A stretch of DNA of 63,894 nucleotides, counting the filler, from Collodictyon triciliatum (Eukaryota): the NCBI GenBank assembly GCA_043381765.1. It is 5 parts of 5 records of this genome, joined end to end, with 100 filler letters (N's around TTAATTAATTAA, not from the genome) between each part and the next. Parts side by side here need not be neighbours in the genome. Positions count along the whole stretch, not along the records: positions 1 to 18,399 come from JBHJMP010001366.1; positions 18,500 to 35,378 come from JBHJMP010001368.1; 3 more parts are not named here. One strand, given 5' to 3'. The notes under the pieces are model-generated. The model saw only the letters and a list, made by a program, of their open reading frames with translations. It was not told the origin of the DNA and did no database searches. Shown piece after piece: positions 12,437 to 24,700 of this stretch. Both the position numbers and the translations under genes were made by a program. Numbering within the stretch: the first letter of the stretch is position 1; each line of letters begins with the position of its first letter.

Positions 12437-13098
12437 TTATAATGTCATTTTTATTTTTATTTTTTTTCTTATTAGATTAATGTCTTTATCAGGTGAAGCA
12501 GGCTGCGTATTTACATCGTCCGCCGCAAATGTGTGATGCCCTGCCAGATTTAGAGCGGCTCCAACTTCCGCCCTGGGTGTCTTTTCCACTTATGAAATAT
12601 TTCACTGAATCAGTTTACTAATCTGGAGAGGGCGCGACACTTCATCCAGAAATGGCGAACAGTTTCAGCCAGATCAAAAAAAAATGTTCATGGATTAATG
12701 ACAAAGACAACAATCAAATCAAATTAAAAACAGAACAAGAAAAAAAAAACATACTCTCAGCAATGAAGAAAGCAAAGCAAAGAGTTTGGATGATTTCCCC
12801 ACAGCCACACAACCTGGGAAAATGAGATCAGAAAATGTATTCTGCCGTAGCGATCACACAACATATTATTCTTTTTATTTTATTATATTTTTCAAAAAAA
12901 AAAAAAAAGAAGAAGAAGAAGCTTGGCTCAGTCTTTCTCCGCACACAACCCACACCCACTGTTAAACCACCCTTGCCTTGCGAACGCGCTCGGCAGTGTG
13001 TCTGCCTCGTCTCAGCCGGGCGAGTGATCCTGCAGGCTTCTTTCCTTCTCATCCCCACAAGACACCAATAACTTTGCTCCTCGCCGCCGCGAAAACAA

Positions 13099-14063
13099 AT
13101 GCAGCACAGCATGGCAGACGGCCCCAAACAACTGCAAATGAGCAGCCTCCTCTCGACAAAGCCGGGCGACCCGCAAAGCGAGACCGACTCAGTGCCCAAT
13201 GCGCAGCCGTCGCCCCGGCAAAACTCTGTTGATCCGCGCGAATCTGGCGAGCTGAGTCGGCCGCACTCACTTTCTCTCAACGACGCCCACGACGGCGCTT
13301 TTGCTTCGAGGCACTCAGTCTCCGAGGCTGATCCGCTTTCTGACCAGAGTTTCGCAGAGTCTGCAGTGTCGGGCGAAGCAGCGTATGGCCAGTTTGCTCT
13401 TCGAAGGGCCGGTTCTATTCGGCTGTCTCAGGGCATCCATTCATTCCATGCGCTGGACTACGGAACAGACTCGTCCTTTTCCCAGAATTGGTACTCTTGT
13501 AAGGGCCGTCACTTAGCATCTTTCTTCTCGGTTTATTAAGCAGACCCATGCTATTTCAGCTCTTGTTTCTTTGATTTATTTCTTTCTTTTTTTTGTGTGT
13601 GTGTGTGTGTGTGACACATAGTCGTTTTATTTCATTTTTATTTTAATTTGTTGTTTATGAAATTTTTGTGCGTAGACTCCCGTAACCAGACAAAGACTCA
13701 AGGAAACTCAGAGGGGAGATTTACTGTCAGCTTTCTTCCGTACTCGTCAGTCGTGTGTTGCTATCAGCTGTCATATTGGCATCAAGTTTTCGGACCGAAA
13801 GTTGATCACGTATGTATTACTAAACTACCATTCTTTTACTTGTTACTTTCTTTCTTTCTTTTATCACCATTTCTTCAATCAAGGCTGAATATTCCACAAA
13901 TAAGTCAAAGCATGTCCCCTCTTGTCATTCATCATTCAATTGCATACAGATATGGATGCAGGAGCCTATCAACGATGGCGATTCGAACTCACCTCCACGT
14001 TTTGAGTGTCCTCAGGTTTCTTGCTTTATTTTCCTTTTGCTGTGCCAAATATACAACAACAAT

Positions 14064-14106
<43 letters not shown>

Positions 14107-17100
14107 TCAACATCAACAACAAACAACAAACAACAAAAAGAAAAATCACCAGTGGCATTCACATTCCACCAATGATAATGATAGTAATAATTCAGCTCTG
14201 TGCTCGTCTTTCCCATCTCCAATGCATCTTCTGTAATCATTATGAGCGAGTACTTGCATACAGATTGACCCAAGACTCTTTCGGTCCGAGACACAAACAC
14301 ATATATGCAGACACACATTCATCGGTGAACTCTGTCGCGCTGATAAAGCATTTGACATTGTAAATATCACTATTCTTCATTTTTCTGCAATTCGTATTTT
14401 ATATTAACATGAAATGGTCATATATAAGGTATAGGTATAATTTGCTTTTAAAAATTTTTTTTAGTCAAAAATCAATATTGTCTGATAAAAAAAAATATCA
14501 ATATAATATATTATACTAGGACAGTATGGACACAAAATTCTCCATAATGCCTGATTATAGTAAGTTGAAAAAATCGAGGGACAACACTTACGTATCCAAA
14601 TGTAACTCACTAACGATTGATATTGTGTTTTCACACTAATAAACTTTTTTTGAAACTACGATTACTAAACTAGATATATGTGTGCTATCTGAGCTGTTTT
14701 ACGCATTAAATAATCGGCATCCTACAAATTATGCCTTTTCCATTTACATCATCAAAGTATGTTCCTATTTCGATTTTCAATGGTACCTGAATAGATATTT
14801 TAGAAGTGATTCTGTTCGATTGACCCGCGTCTTTCATAATAGGATAAGCTTCCGCGCCTCACTGCCATGTTTCCTATTGTACAAGACCGATTACAGCACT
14901 TGGGCAAAAAGATTCGACACTTTAAGAGAAAAGTACATGTTTTGCTCCCAAATGTCACCACCAAAAAAAAAAGTCACCAGTTCTTGATTCTGTTCATGAT
15001 TGCGTTATCTTTGTTAAAAAGTTTGCTTCTGCATAGGGCTACTCTTTGTCGTCTCTTGAGTGTTCCAAGTGGATTCTGCGCTCTTTGCATTTTATCGAGT
15101 CGCTATTTAAGGCTGAACTACCCGTCATTCGGTTGTCAAATACCATTTTGTTCAATTCGTTTATTAATGACCAGGACAGAGATTTATTGGAAAGGTATGA
15201 GGCACCCTAAACAATTATGAGTTTATGCTTCTGGGTCTTTACCATGAACAAGATGCATGAATTTAACTTTCAAGCATACACCATAGAGCAGTTACATCGA
15301 TGTTCCAAACTCATTCACGGGCCATTGTTGTCGGAGATGATGAAAAACAAATTAATGATGTAAAAATATAAAATTCCCTTAAAAAATATCAATTAATTTT
15401 CTATTTATCAATTGAAAATTTGCGCATCCATCAGTTTTTTTTTCCATTCATTATTATCCACAAATAAATTTTCATTCTTTGATAAGAGAAAAAAATCATT
15501 CTTCTAGATGATTGCTACTCTCGCTCTTTTCTTGACAGAGACCCAGCGACGGTCTGCCTCTTATTGTGACAAGTACACAAACACTTTTGTACCCGACCTT
15601 CATTTACAAGGATTAATTCTAAAGGTTTCTTTTTTCTTCTTCTTTTTTTCTTCTTTTTTCTTCTTTTTTCTTCTTTTTTCTTCTTTTTTCTTCTTTTTTC
15701 TTCTTTTTTTCTTCTCTTTTTTCTTCTCTTTTTTCTTCTCTTTTTTCTTCTCTTTTTTCTTCTCTTTTTTCTTCTCTTTTTTCTTCTCTTTTTTCTTCTC
15801 TTTTTTCTTCTCTTTTTTCTTCTCTTTTTTCTTCTCTTTTTTCTTCTCTTTTTTCTTCTCTTTTTTCTTCTCTTTTTTCTTCTCTTTTTCTTCTCTTTTT
15901 TCTTATCACTTGATGCATAATGACATCCTATTTATCATATGATATCCTACATAGCAAAAAGTGGGTCGTGACTTTTGTTTATGTGGGTGTAGGGAGAGCT
16001 TAAAAACTATGTGTCGTTAGAAGCGATACGAGTGGACTCCCAAAACGTGCCGTATCACAGGGATTCGGACGCGTCTTTGGCTGAAAGTTTTGATTTAGAC
16101 CAAACCATCCTCAGCGATGAGCTTGTTATATTATCAAGATATCCGTCCACTATTGTGGACATTCGGGACCAGTACAATTATATATTAGTTTAATTCTTGA
16201 AAATACTATAGTCCAAGTGGTTTAAAGAAGTTCTTTCCAAATATGTACATATATATACTTCAGCGCATGCAACTATTCACTCATTTTATAAATAAATTTA
16301 TAGCACCGTGTGGCAAACACGGTTGTATCCTGAGTATCGGCAGCTGAGAATGGACTTCATGGAGGCTAATATCCCAACCACCACAAGTATGGCATCTCTC
16401 TATAAGAAGGCATCCAATTACGAACGGTCTCGGCTGGAGGAGGTCTCTCCTTCAAAAGGAGTTTCGATTGAGCAGCCCAAGTCGTACGAACAGTGCGTTA
16501 TCAGTCATTTTTAAATGAATTAAATGCATAATACCCGCATTTTTAACTTTTTCTCTATAAAAATATTTAATTAATAAAGGGATGGGCTGTTTTTGCGCGC
16601 TCAAAGCATATCTGGATGGGTTTCCTCTCTTTGTGAACGAGTAATCTCTTAATCTCTTTTTTTTTCTTCCTTTTTGTCTATCTACTATTTTTCTTTTCTG
16701 CTTCTGATTATAAATGAATCAACTCATGAATTCTAGATGATTACAATCCCACCCTCGATGAGGTCAGCGTATATCACTTCTTTTCTGCGTATCCTGCTCA
16801 GAAATGTCATGGTTATGATTCAGCTCCTGGATGATATACTGTAGATACTTGATATTAACCTCATACATCATATTTTTAAGCCTTATTCCCTGTTGTAAAG
16901 ATATCGTTCATAATTGACTGTAAAAAAAAAAAAGTATCGAGAAATACACTCCCTTTTTTTTCTTCTATCTTTCCTTTTAATCTTTTTTTTTTTTTGGAAC
17001 AGTAAAGAGGGTGGTTACAAAGATAATCCTATCCTCAACGCCAGAGACCGATACCGAATTCGGGTAATCAACCATCATTTTGATATATATCCTCTCTGCG

Positions 17101-17334
17101 TGTATTTTCAAATAAAATTTTGTCTGTGAATCAGCCATTATACTGCCTGATTCTGCAATACCTCATTTATGGATGATTTGAATCCGACAGGAATTATTTG
17201 ATGGGTTATTCGAGGCTGATTGGGACATCCTTGTGAGTTTATGCGAGTCATTTCGACCAGGCTCATACATAACCCTTAAAGGGGACCCTATGATGATTGA
17301 AAAGAAATTCTTGGAAATCATTGATGAACTATAG
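13099..17334 (+). CDS. C9orf72: C9orf72-family longin/DENN protein with a low-complexity N-terminal extension, multi-exon
   Basis: Exon peptides align with remembered human C9orf72 blocks: SYWHQVFGPKVDH|IW (AYWDNILGPRVRHIW), DTKFSIMPD (DVKFFVLSE), NYAFSIYI (TYGLSIIL), VQDRLQHL (VDRLTHI), AVTSMFQTHSRAIVVG (AISSHLQTCGCSVVVG), IATLALFLTETQR (VRTLCLFLTPAER), FVPDLHLQGLI (YESGLFVQGLL), DWDILVSLCESFRPG (DLNIIMALAEKIKPG). Stop TAG 17332-17334. The start could be 13099 or 13111. Confidence 0.88.
15627..15900. repeat. Intronic (TTCTCTTTTTTC)n-type pyrimidine repeat in the C9orf72-like gene
   Basis: 12-nt unit repeated, starting just after the donor near 15624. Confidence 0.92.
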
Positions 17335-17610
17335 TTTTTTCTCTAATTCCTATCACACCGGTTATGCCATGGTATTTGTAATGGATTTTTTTTTAAAAAA
17401 AAATTATGATCATAAAGGACACTACTTTCCCAACACTAATTCGATTATGCCGACTCAATTACTGTCCTAGATAACATTATAACAGGATGTAATAATAAAT
17501 GTGACCAACTGTTTTCTACTTTTGAGCCACTGGCTACATAATTTCAAATTTCTAAAGACATGACCCTAGATGGTACTATTTGGAGTTGTGCATTTGGTTT
17601 GGCTAATTTG

Positions 17611-17695
17611 TATTTTATTTTATTTTATTTTATTTTATTTTATTTTATTTTATTTTATTTTATTTTATTTTATTTTATTTTATTTTATTTTATTT
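17611..17695. repeat. (TTTTA)n microsatellite
   Basis: Perfect pentamer run between two convergent genes. Confidence 0.95.
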
Positions 17696-17805
17696 TTGTC
17701 ATTATTTGGTTTCTTCGTTTTTTATTTGATCTATGCTAAACTATTTAATTAGTCATTTGTTGATATGCATTCTCCTGGCGTATGTTTTCTTATCGCATAA
17801 ACAAT

Positions 17806-18185
17806 TTAAAAAATTGTGAGGAACTGTTCAGCGTGGCTGTATTTGATACCCGTTTTATTTTATTCCCTGCCCAAAAAAAAAAAAATTGGTGTGAATGCGA
17901 AAGCAGCGCAACTGTAAGTGCGTTTATGAAACCGATGTAAAATAAAGGCGATATGTGGTTTGATTGTCGTAACATCACAGTGTTGTGTGGTGTCTCTGTA
18001 GGATAAAGGCAATACAAAGCTATGACACCTACCTTGAGCAGATTCCGGGATGTGATTGCTGCCTTTCTTGTCTGTGCGATGATATAAGGCCGACTAGTAG
18101 CTTCCTGTGCTGCAGTGATATTTTCGCACAACTCTGATAGGTACTCTGTTGTTTTTTCAAGGCTTTCTTGTAGATTCTCAAACAA
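17806..18185 (-). CDS. 3' end of an Ariadne-family (ARIH-like) RBR E3 ubiquitin ligase; 5' part lost at the linker gap
   Basis: Exon 18185-18033 reads LFENLQESLEKTTEYLSELCEN...IIAQTRKAAITSRNLLK, resembling the Ariadne domain ([20 protein letters not shown]..). It is preceded by a GACTAAC branch site and cag and followed by gtaggt. A putative terminal exon at 17823-17806 reads FLTIF*. Confidence 0.62.
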
Positions 18186-18301
18186 CTGGTGGTGCATTCG
18201 TTAGTCGGAATCATATACGTCCGTATAATCGAAGAAAGCGAGAAGTTTATGGTCAGAAGTTAGGTCGTGAAAAAAAAAATGCTACATGCTCAATAGCTTC
18301 T

Positions 18302-18303
<2 letters not shown>

Positions 18304-18399
<96 letters not shown>
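18304..18399. repeat. (TTA)n microsatellite at a contig end
   Basis: Perfect trinucleotide run abutting Ns. Confidence 0.97.
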
Positions 18400-18499
18400 N
18401 NNNNNNNNNNNNNNNNNNNNNNNNNNNNNNNNNNNNNNNNNNNTTAATTAATTAANNNNNNNNNNNNNNNNNNNNNNNNNNNNNNNNNNNNNNNNNNNN
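18400..18499. other. Artificial scaffold linker N44-TTAATTAATTAA-N44
   Basis: Exactly 100 nt with an all-frame-stop 12-mer at 18444-18455; the identical structure recurs at three other places. Confidence 0.97.
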
Positions 18500-18590
18500 A
18501 AAAAAAAAAAAAAAAAAAAAAAAATTTAAAAACATTTTTTTTTTTTTTTTTTTTTTGCAAATTAAAACTGATGTGAATATTTTTTCAAAG

Positions 18591-21580
18591 TCTGTGTTGA
18601 AGGCCGGTCTTTTTGGTGGTGCATCTGCCTCGTTTTTATTTTCTGCTATCGTTTTGATGGCAGAATCTAGTCATCAAACACTACCTGGATACGAAGACGT
18701 ATGTTTTGTTTTTGTTTTAGGGGGTAAATTTTCTGTTCCGTTAAATAATTTTTGAGTGAGTTATCTTTATTATCTAAATATGTTGAAATTAATTTCTCTT
18801 AAAGATTTTGATCGTGTATCGTGGATTCTTTCTCATCATTCTCCTCGGAATATTGTTTTCGCTTGATGCATACATTTGGCATCACAATCGGGTAAATTAC
18901 TGCTTGATATTTGACAGTGACATACAGAAGCCTTTGAATTACAGACACTTTTTTGAGGTGAGTATCTCGCTCAGTTTAATTATTCCGGTGGAAAATAAAC
19001 TAAGAATCCCTCTGTATCTTGCCATTAAAAGATCTCTTAATTATACATAATTTGCAATAATTATTTCATACAGATCAGTTGTTTTGTTTTGCTTCTATTT
19101 AGCTCAAACTTTTACTACTTTGTTGCTCATGCAAAAGGTTTTTTTTTTTTACCAAAGCATAAAACTAATTTGTTAATCTAAAATGGCTTATTATGTAAGG
19201 TGAAAACAAAGTACAGTGAATTGATCTGATTTTTTTAATTTTCGAATTATGTCGACAGGAAACATCACATGGGTAGACTATGACTTGAATTATCACCCAG
19301 TCATTCTGGCAATTACACTATCAGTTTTTTTGCTTTTTCCGTTTAAAACTCTGTACTATCCACAAAGATTAGGGATTCTAAGAGCAGTGTCACGTTGCTT
19401 CACATTCGGGCAGATGCGTGTCGAGTTCTTGTAATAATATTTAAATTAAGCTTTGAATCGAATAGATGAAAATTTTAAATATGGAGCAGGAATCCCCCCC
19501 TTCTTCGATAAAACCTCTCATTTTTTCTCTCTAATGCTGATTACTTCAGTGATTTCTTTATCGCTGATCAATTAACAAGTTTGGTTGTCCCTATGCAGGT
19601 GAATGATTTTATGTTTTTTTTTGAAAAGAAAAATTCATGTTTAAAGTATTTAATATATTAATGTTTCGCTACACTTTACAATATCTATTGGTTTTTCTTC
19701 TCTAATAATCAGATTGAGTATTATAAAAATAACTTCTCAGCATTCAATACTTATTTCAAAATATAGCCATTTCATTCTTTTCTTTTAGCTAATCAACTTA
19801 TATATTCAATATAGGACGTCCTATTTCTTCTTTGTTATTCGACTGGAGATCATAAAGACGGTAATTATTTGAACACAAAAAAATGAAGCTATATCAAACA
19901 ATTACTGGGATCGTTTTTTAATAATCAATTTACACAGGAAAATGCACAGGAAAATATGAATTCATTCTGCCAATTGTGTCTGTATTACCAGCAGTGTTTC
20001 GGTTCACTCAGTGTCTGAGGCGTTACCACGACACACGCGACGCATTTCCTCACCTGGTATTATTTTCATTCAGTGTTACATCAGTCAGCAGAACTGATAA
20101 TATCAGGGTTTATTGTCAACTTTGTATCTAGCATTTTGTTGTGGTGATAAAAAAAAAAAGTGAACGGTTAGGTGAATGCGGGTAAATATGGATGCACATT
20201 TGCAGTCGTCGCATTCGCCAATTTGAGACATCATGTAGGAGAAGGTGAATTTTACATTCTTTTAAAATGCTAAAAATCAGACAGCAACTCTAATTTCATG
20301 GCATTAGTTCACCTATATTTGGTTATTTAGAAGTGCTTTTTGAGCTCATTTTAATAAATGAACATCTTAAAACGATAGACCCGTTTTTTAGCCTATGGCT
20401 TACCACAATTGTATTCTCCACTGTCTATACATATACATGGGATATCAGGTAACGCCAACCATAATTGCACCTCTGCATGGATAGATTTCTAACGCTATAT
20501 ATTTCATTGAAACTTTACTTCAAGAATGGATTGGGGACTACTAGACCGCAATGACAAGAGATTACTGCGACCGAAGCTAATTTACCGCTATCAATGGGTG
20601 CTTTTTCTTTCTTTTTGAAGCAAACTTGGTTGATTTATGTTGTATAAATAGAGAGATTGATAAACGGTAAATATATACCAAATGAATATAAACAAATAAA
20701 TCAACCCCAGATTTATTATTTCGCTCTTGTTTCAAACGCCCTTTGTCGAGTCTCCTGGACCTTAACCCTCTCCATCGACACAATTGATTCCAAAATATTG
20801 TCTACCATTATTGCCTTCGCAGAAGTTTTCAGGTAATTTCGAAGGAATTTTTTTTCATATCGACTGGCTCACAAACGTCAGTACGCTTTCATTTTCAACC
20901 ACGGTATTTATCATCATCCATCGCATTGCACAGGCGATTTCAATGGAACATCTACCGTGTTGAGAACGAACACCAGAACAACTGTGCAAACTACCGGGCT
21001 GTAAAATACTCACAGGACTTTGACAGATTTGTTATAATCGAAGATGCTCCAGGTAATGCAAAGGAGCTGACATACAACATACCAAAAACATATCACCAAC
21101 TAACGTTGGTAGAACTAACACCTGTCCTCTCGCAATGACTGGCAACATTTAAATTTCTGTGAAATGAGGTCGAGATAAAAAAATATTAGAAAAAAAAAAA
21201 AGCTACATCCTTAACATATCAACTTTTAATGATTAGATGACGACGAGCTACAGAAAACCGTGCCCCAAGCAATTCCTAGCCAAAAGGACGCCATAGAGGC
21301 GACAAACCTGCTGGTCGAGTCGTATCAATCAGAGAACATTCCCATCCACACGCAAAGCCATCCGAGTACGCCCCACAGAGAAAGCGCTCTCCACTCGGCA
21401 CCGCCTTTCCACATGGCTCAGCATTCGCATGGGGAAGTATCCAAGCATACAAATCACACCGCAGCGCGTGATGCAAGAATGGCGCTGGTCTCTGGCGTTC
21501 TTCATGATGACCCTCGCGATTCGTTTGCTGGCTCCTCCCACAACTCAGCAGAGGCTCTTCCTCTCCTCACAAAGAAATGA
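18591..21580 (+). CDS. SYG1/XPR1/PHO1-family EXS-domain phosphate exporter, 5'-truncated by the linker (SPX domain not in this contig)
   Basis: Spliced peptides: [108 protein letters not shown]. Stop TGA 21578-21580. Confidence 0.92.
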
Positions 21581-21740
21581 CCTCTTACTCGCATACGCTC
21601 CCCACGAAGCCACAAGGATAAAAATAAAGCGCACAGCAGATAAGAGTGGTGCAAAGGGCCCGTCTCCTCGCTTTGGTTGTTGTTGCTGCTGCGTCAAATA
21701 GAAAAGGAAAAAAAGGGATGCAAATATAACAATTTGGTGT

Positions 21741-24700
21741 ATGTCTGTGGTGGAGTCGGAATTGGATCAAAAACATGAAGAGAATAAAGAGGGGTATGCG
21801 TTGTGGTTGGAGATGCCCGCTAAACTTTCCTTTTCTTTTCCTTTTCCTTTCCTTTTCCTTTTCCTTTTCTTTTCTTCTCTTTTCTTCTCTTTTCTTCTCT
21901 TTTCTTTTCTTCTCTTTTCTTTTCTTCTCTTTTCTTCTCTTTTCTTCTCTTTTCTTCTCTTTTCTTCTCTTTTCTTTTCCTTTTCCTTTTCTTCTCTTCA
22001 CTTCTCTTTCTCTTTCTCTTTCTCTTTCTCTTTCTCTTTCTCTTTCTCTTTCTCTTTCTCTTTCTCTTTCTCTTTCTCTTTCTCTTTCTCTTTCTCTTTC
22101 TCTTTCTCTTTCTCTTTCTCTTTCTCTTTCTCTTTCTCTTTCTCTTTTTCTTCTATTATATATTCAGGCGTTGGGATATTTCAATGGCTAATGTACCTGA
22201 AATTATGCACAAAAGGTCATGTCTGACCTTTTTTCTACGACTGCGCCGCCTTCCTCCCATGTTGTTGAACTTTGTCACGATACCCAAAATCCGGTTTTAT
22301 CAACAACTATACCAAAGGTAATAAATAATAATGTGACCAAGATCATTCCTCAGTCTCTCGCTTTCATTTGGACCCTTGATTAGTATTATTTTATTAGCTT
22401 ATGATATATCATTCATATATTTACCTTTGTAATTCTCGACACTGCATAATTCAAACCTCTTTGAATGCATTCTCTATAATGTGGTAATGAGACAATTAAA
22501 CAAATTTTGATGTGGATGATCGATATAAAATTAGGAACAAGTATCTGTCTATGTTAGAGCTCGACCCCTTTTATTAATAGAGAGTGGGCAACGATTTTCA
22601 TGGAAGATGGACAACTTGAATACAATATCCTCACTAGAAAAAGATACACGATGTTCTTTCAATTATGGTATAATACTGATAGTCCATCGTGTAATAAAAA
22701 TGTCTAAAGACAAATTTCGTTTAGGGTCCGACGTAGATATTAAAGACACACCTAACCAATACTCACATTCTCCGTATTCACACAGACCAGGTATTTTGGA
22801 CGGAAGATACAAACAATTGTGTTTTCCGCACTGTATGCGAACCGATCGTAAAGCATGTAGTTCAAGGATTCAACGGTAATTTAGCATGATAGTAAATGTT
22901 CTTAAGGCAACCTTAACAGCAATAAAACTCTATTCACTCTCGTTGAGTTGTGTACTGACATATATAGGTTCCATAATCGTTTACGGACAAACCTCATCTG
23001 GCAAAACACACACGATGTTTGGATCTGAACACGAAGAAGGAATAGTGTCTCTTTCCTCCCGACTTTTATTTCAACTTTTTAATGATGTAATTTGTTCCCA
23101 AATTCACACTCCAAATATTGACTTTTCTTGCGAGTATTTCCATCTTCCTTCATGTATAGTGCTACATACACTTCTTTAACGAAATTTATCATAAATTATA
23201 ACCATGTTGAACTAAGGTGGCAATATGCCTTTTAGACTTCAAGATTTTACACTCTCAGCGTTTCTATGTTGGAGATATACAACGAAGTAGTCAATGACTT
23301 ACTAAATTCTGCTTCGTCTGGTCGAAATTTAGCCGTCCGAGAGAAAGACGTATAAAAAATAATTAATTTTCCATATTCATATTCATATTCATATTTCGTT
23401 AAGGGTGGATACATATCCGTAGGCTTTATTTTATGCTGAGACACTCACAGAGAGATCTGTTCACTCACTGGCAGACATTCTACATGTATTGAAAGAAGGA
23501 GAAGGTTGGAAACTAAATATACTTGAGTTATCTGTTTGAATATAAAAATAAAAGGTTTTGCAACGTCAAACTTGAATTAAATTTTGTTATACATGAATAC
23601 AGCTCAGCGTAAAGTTGGTGTTTCTAATCTCAACGAGAGAAGCAGCAGGTCCCATATCATAGTTAGATTTGTAAGTCTTATCATCTCCTTATTTTTTGTC
23701 CTACTAATTTATTACTTACTTATCTTCATGGTAAGAACAGTTTGATAGTATAAATTTAAATTACAGGCATTGAATACGTATTCTGACTCAACTACAGATA
23801 GGATTCTCCTTCATACATCAAACTTGGTACAAATTATCAGAGAAAGATCTTATGATTCCAAAATGTTGCTCTGTGTTCTCAAAGAAACTTTTGTAATTGT
23901 ATATGCGTGTAATTCTTAGGACCTTGTTGACTTAGCAGGAAGCGAGAGTCTGACTGACATAGGGAATTTGACGCAAATTTCAGAAACAAAGCACATAAAC
24001 AAAAGTCTGTCTCAACTGAAATCTGTCATCACCACGTTAAGCAACCCAAAAAAGTAAGCCACTCATCTGTTAAGCTGTTTTTTTTTAAAAAAAAGAAAAG
24101 AAAATATGAGATAGAAGCAGTTAATGGTTTAATAATTGTTTGTAATAGATTTCGATATGTGAATTACCGAAACAGCTGCCTAACCAAAGTACTGAAACAA
24201 TCTCTGGGAGGGAATGCACAGACAGCAATCATTTGTACAATTACCCCTGCACATATTCAAAGAGAAAAGACCAAAATGACCCTTCACTTTGGAAATTTAG
24301 CCAAACGAATTGTTAATAAACCGATTTACAATCAGGTTGATGACTATTTTAAATTAATTATGGTGTACTTCTCAATTTTTGGTATTTTTTTTTAATATTT
24401 CTATGGTTTCAATTCTCTCAATTATAAAATTAATAGCCCGTCGAGTATAGTGCATTGCTCCAAACATATCAGGATAAGATATCGTCACTAGAACTTATGC
24501 TTTCACGTTACACCTCCAAAATTACCGACACGGTAACCTTAAAATACAGCCTTTCCATGAATTGGATGCATTTTTTGGGCTTTTATTGATAGGTTGTACG
24601 TAGGGGTCAATTGAGGAAACTGGTGATCAAAATGAGGATAGAACGAAAAACAGTCATGCACTCAATGGTGAAGAATTTGCAGTAGTTTCAAATCTTCAAG

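Noticed and set aside
14050-15900. Repeat expansions in C9orf72-like introns as a parallel to the human GGGGCC expansion
   Set aside because: The units differ, and similar repeats occur in introns of most genes here, so this is coincidence.
18444-18455. Recurrent palindrome TTAATTAATTAA as a biological motif
   Set aside because: It is always centred in exactly 100 nt of Ns, so it is an assembly spacer.
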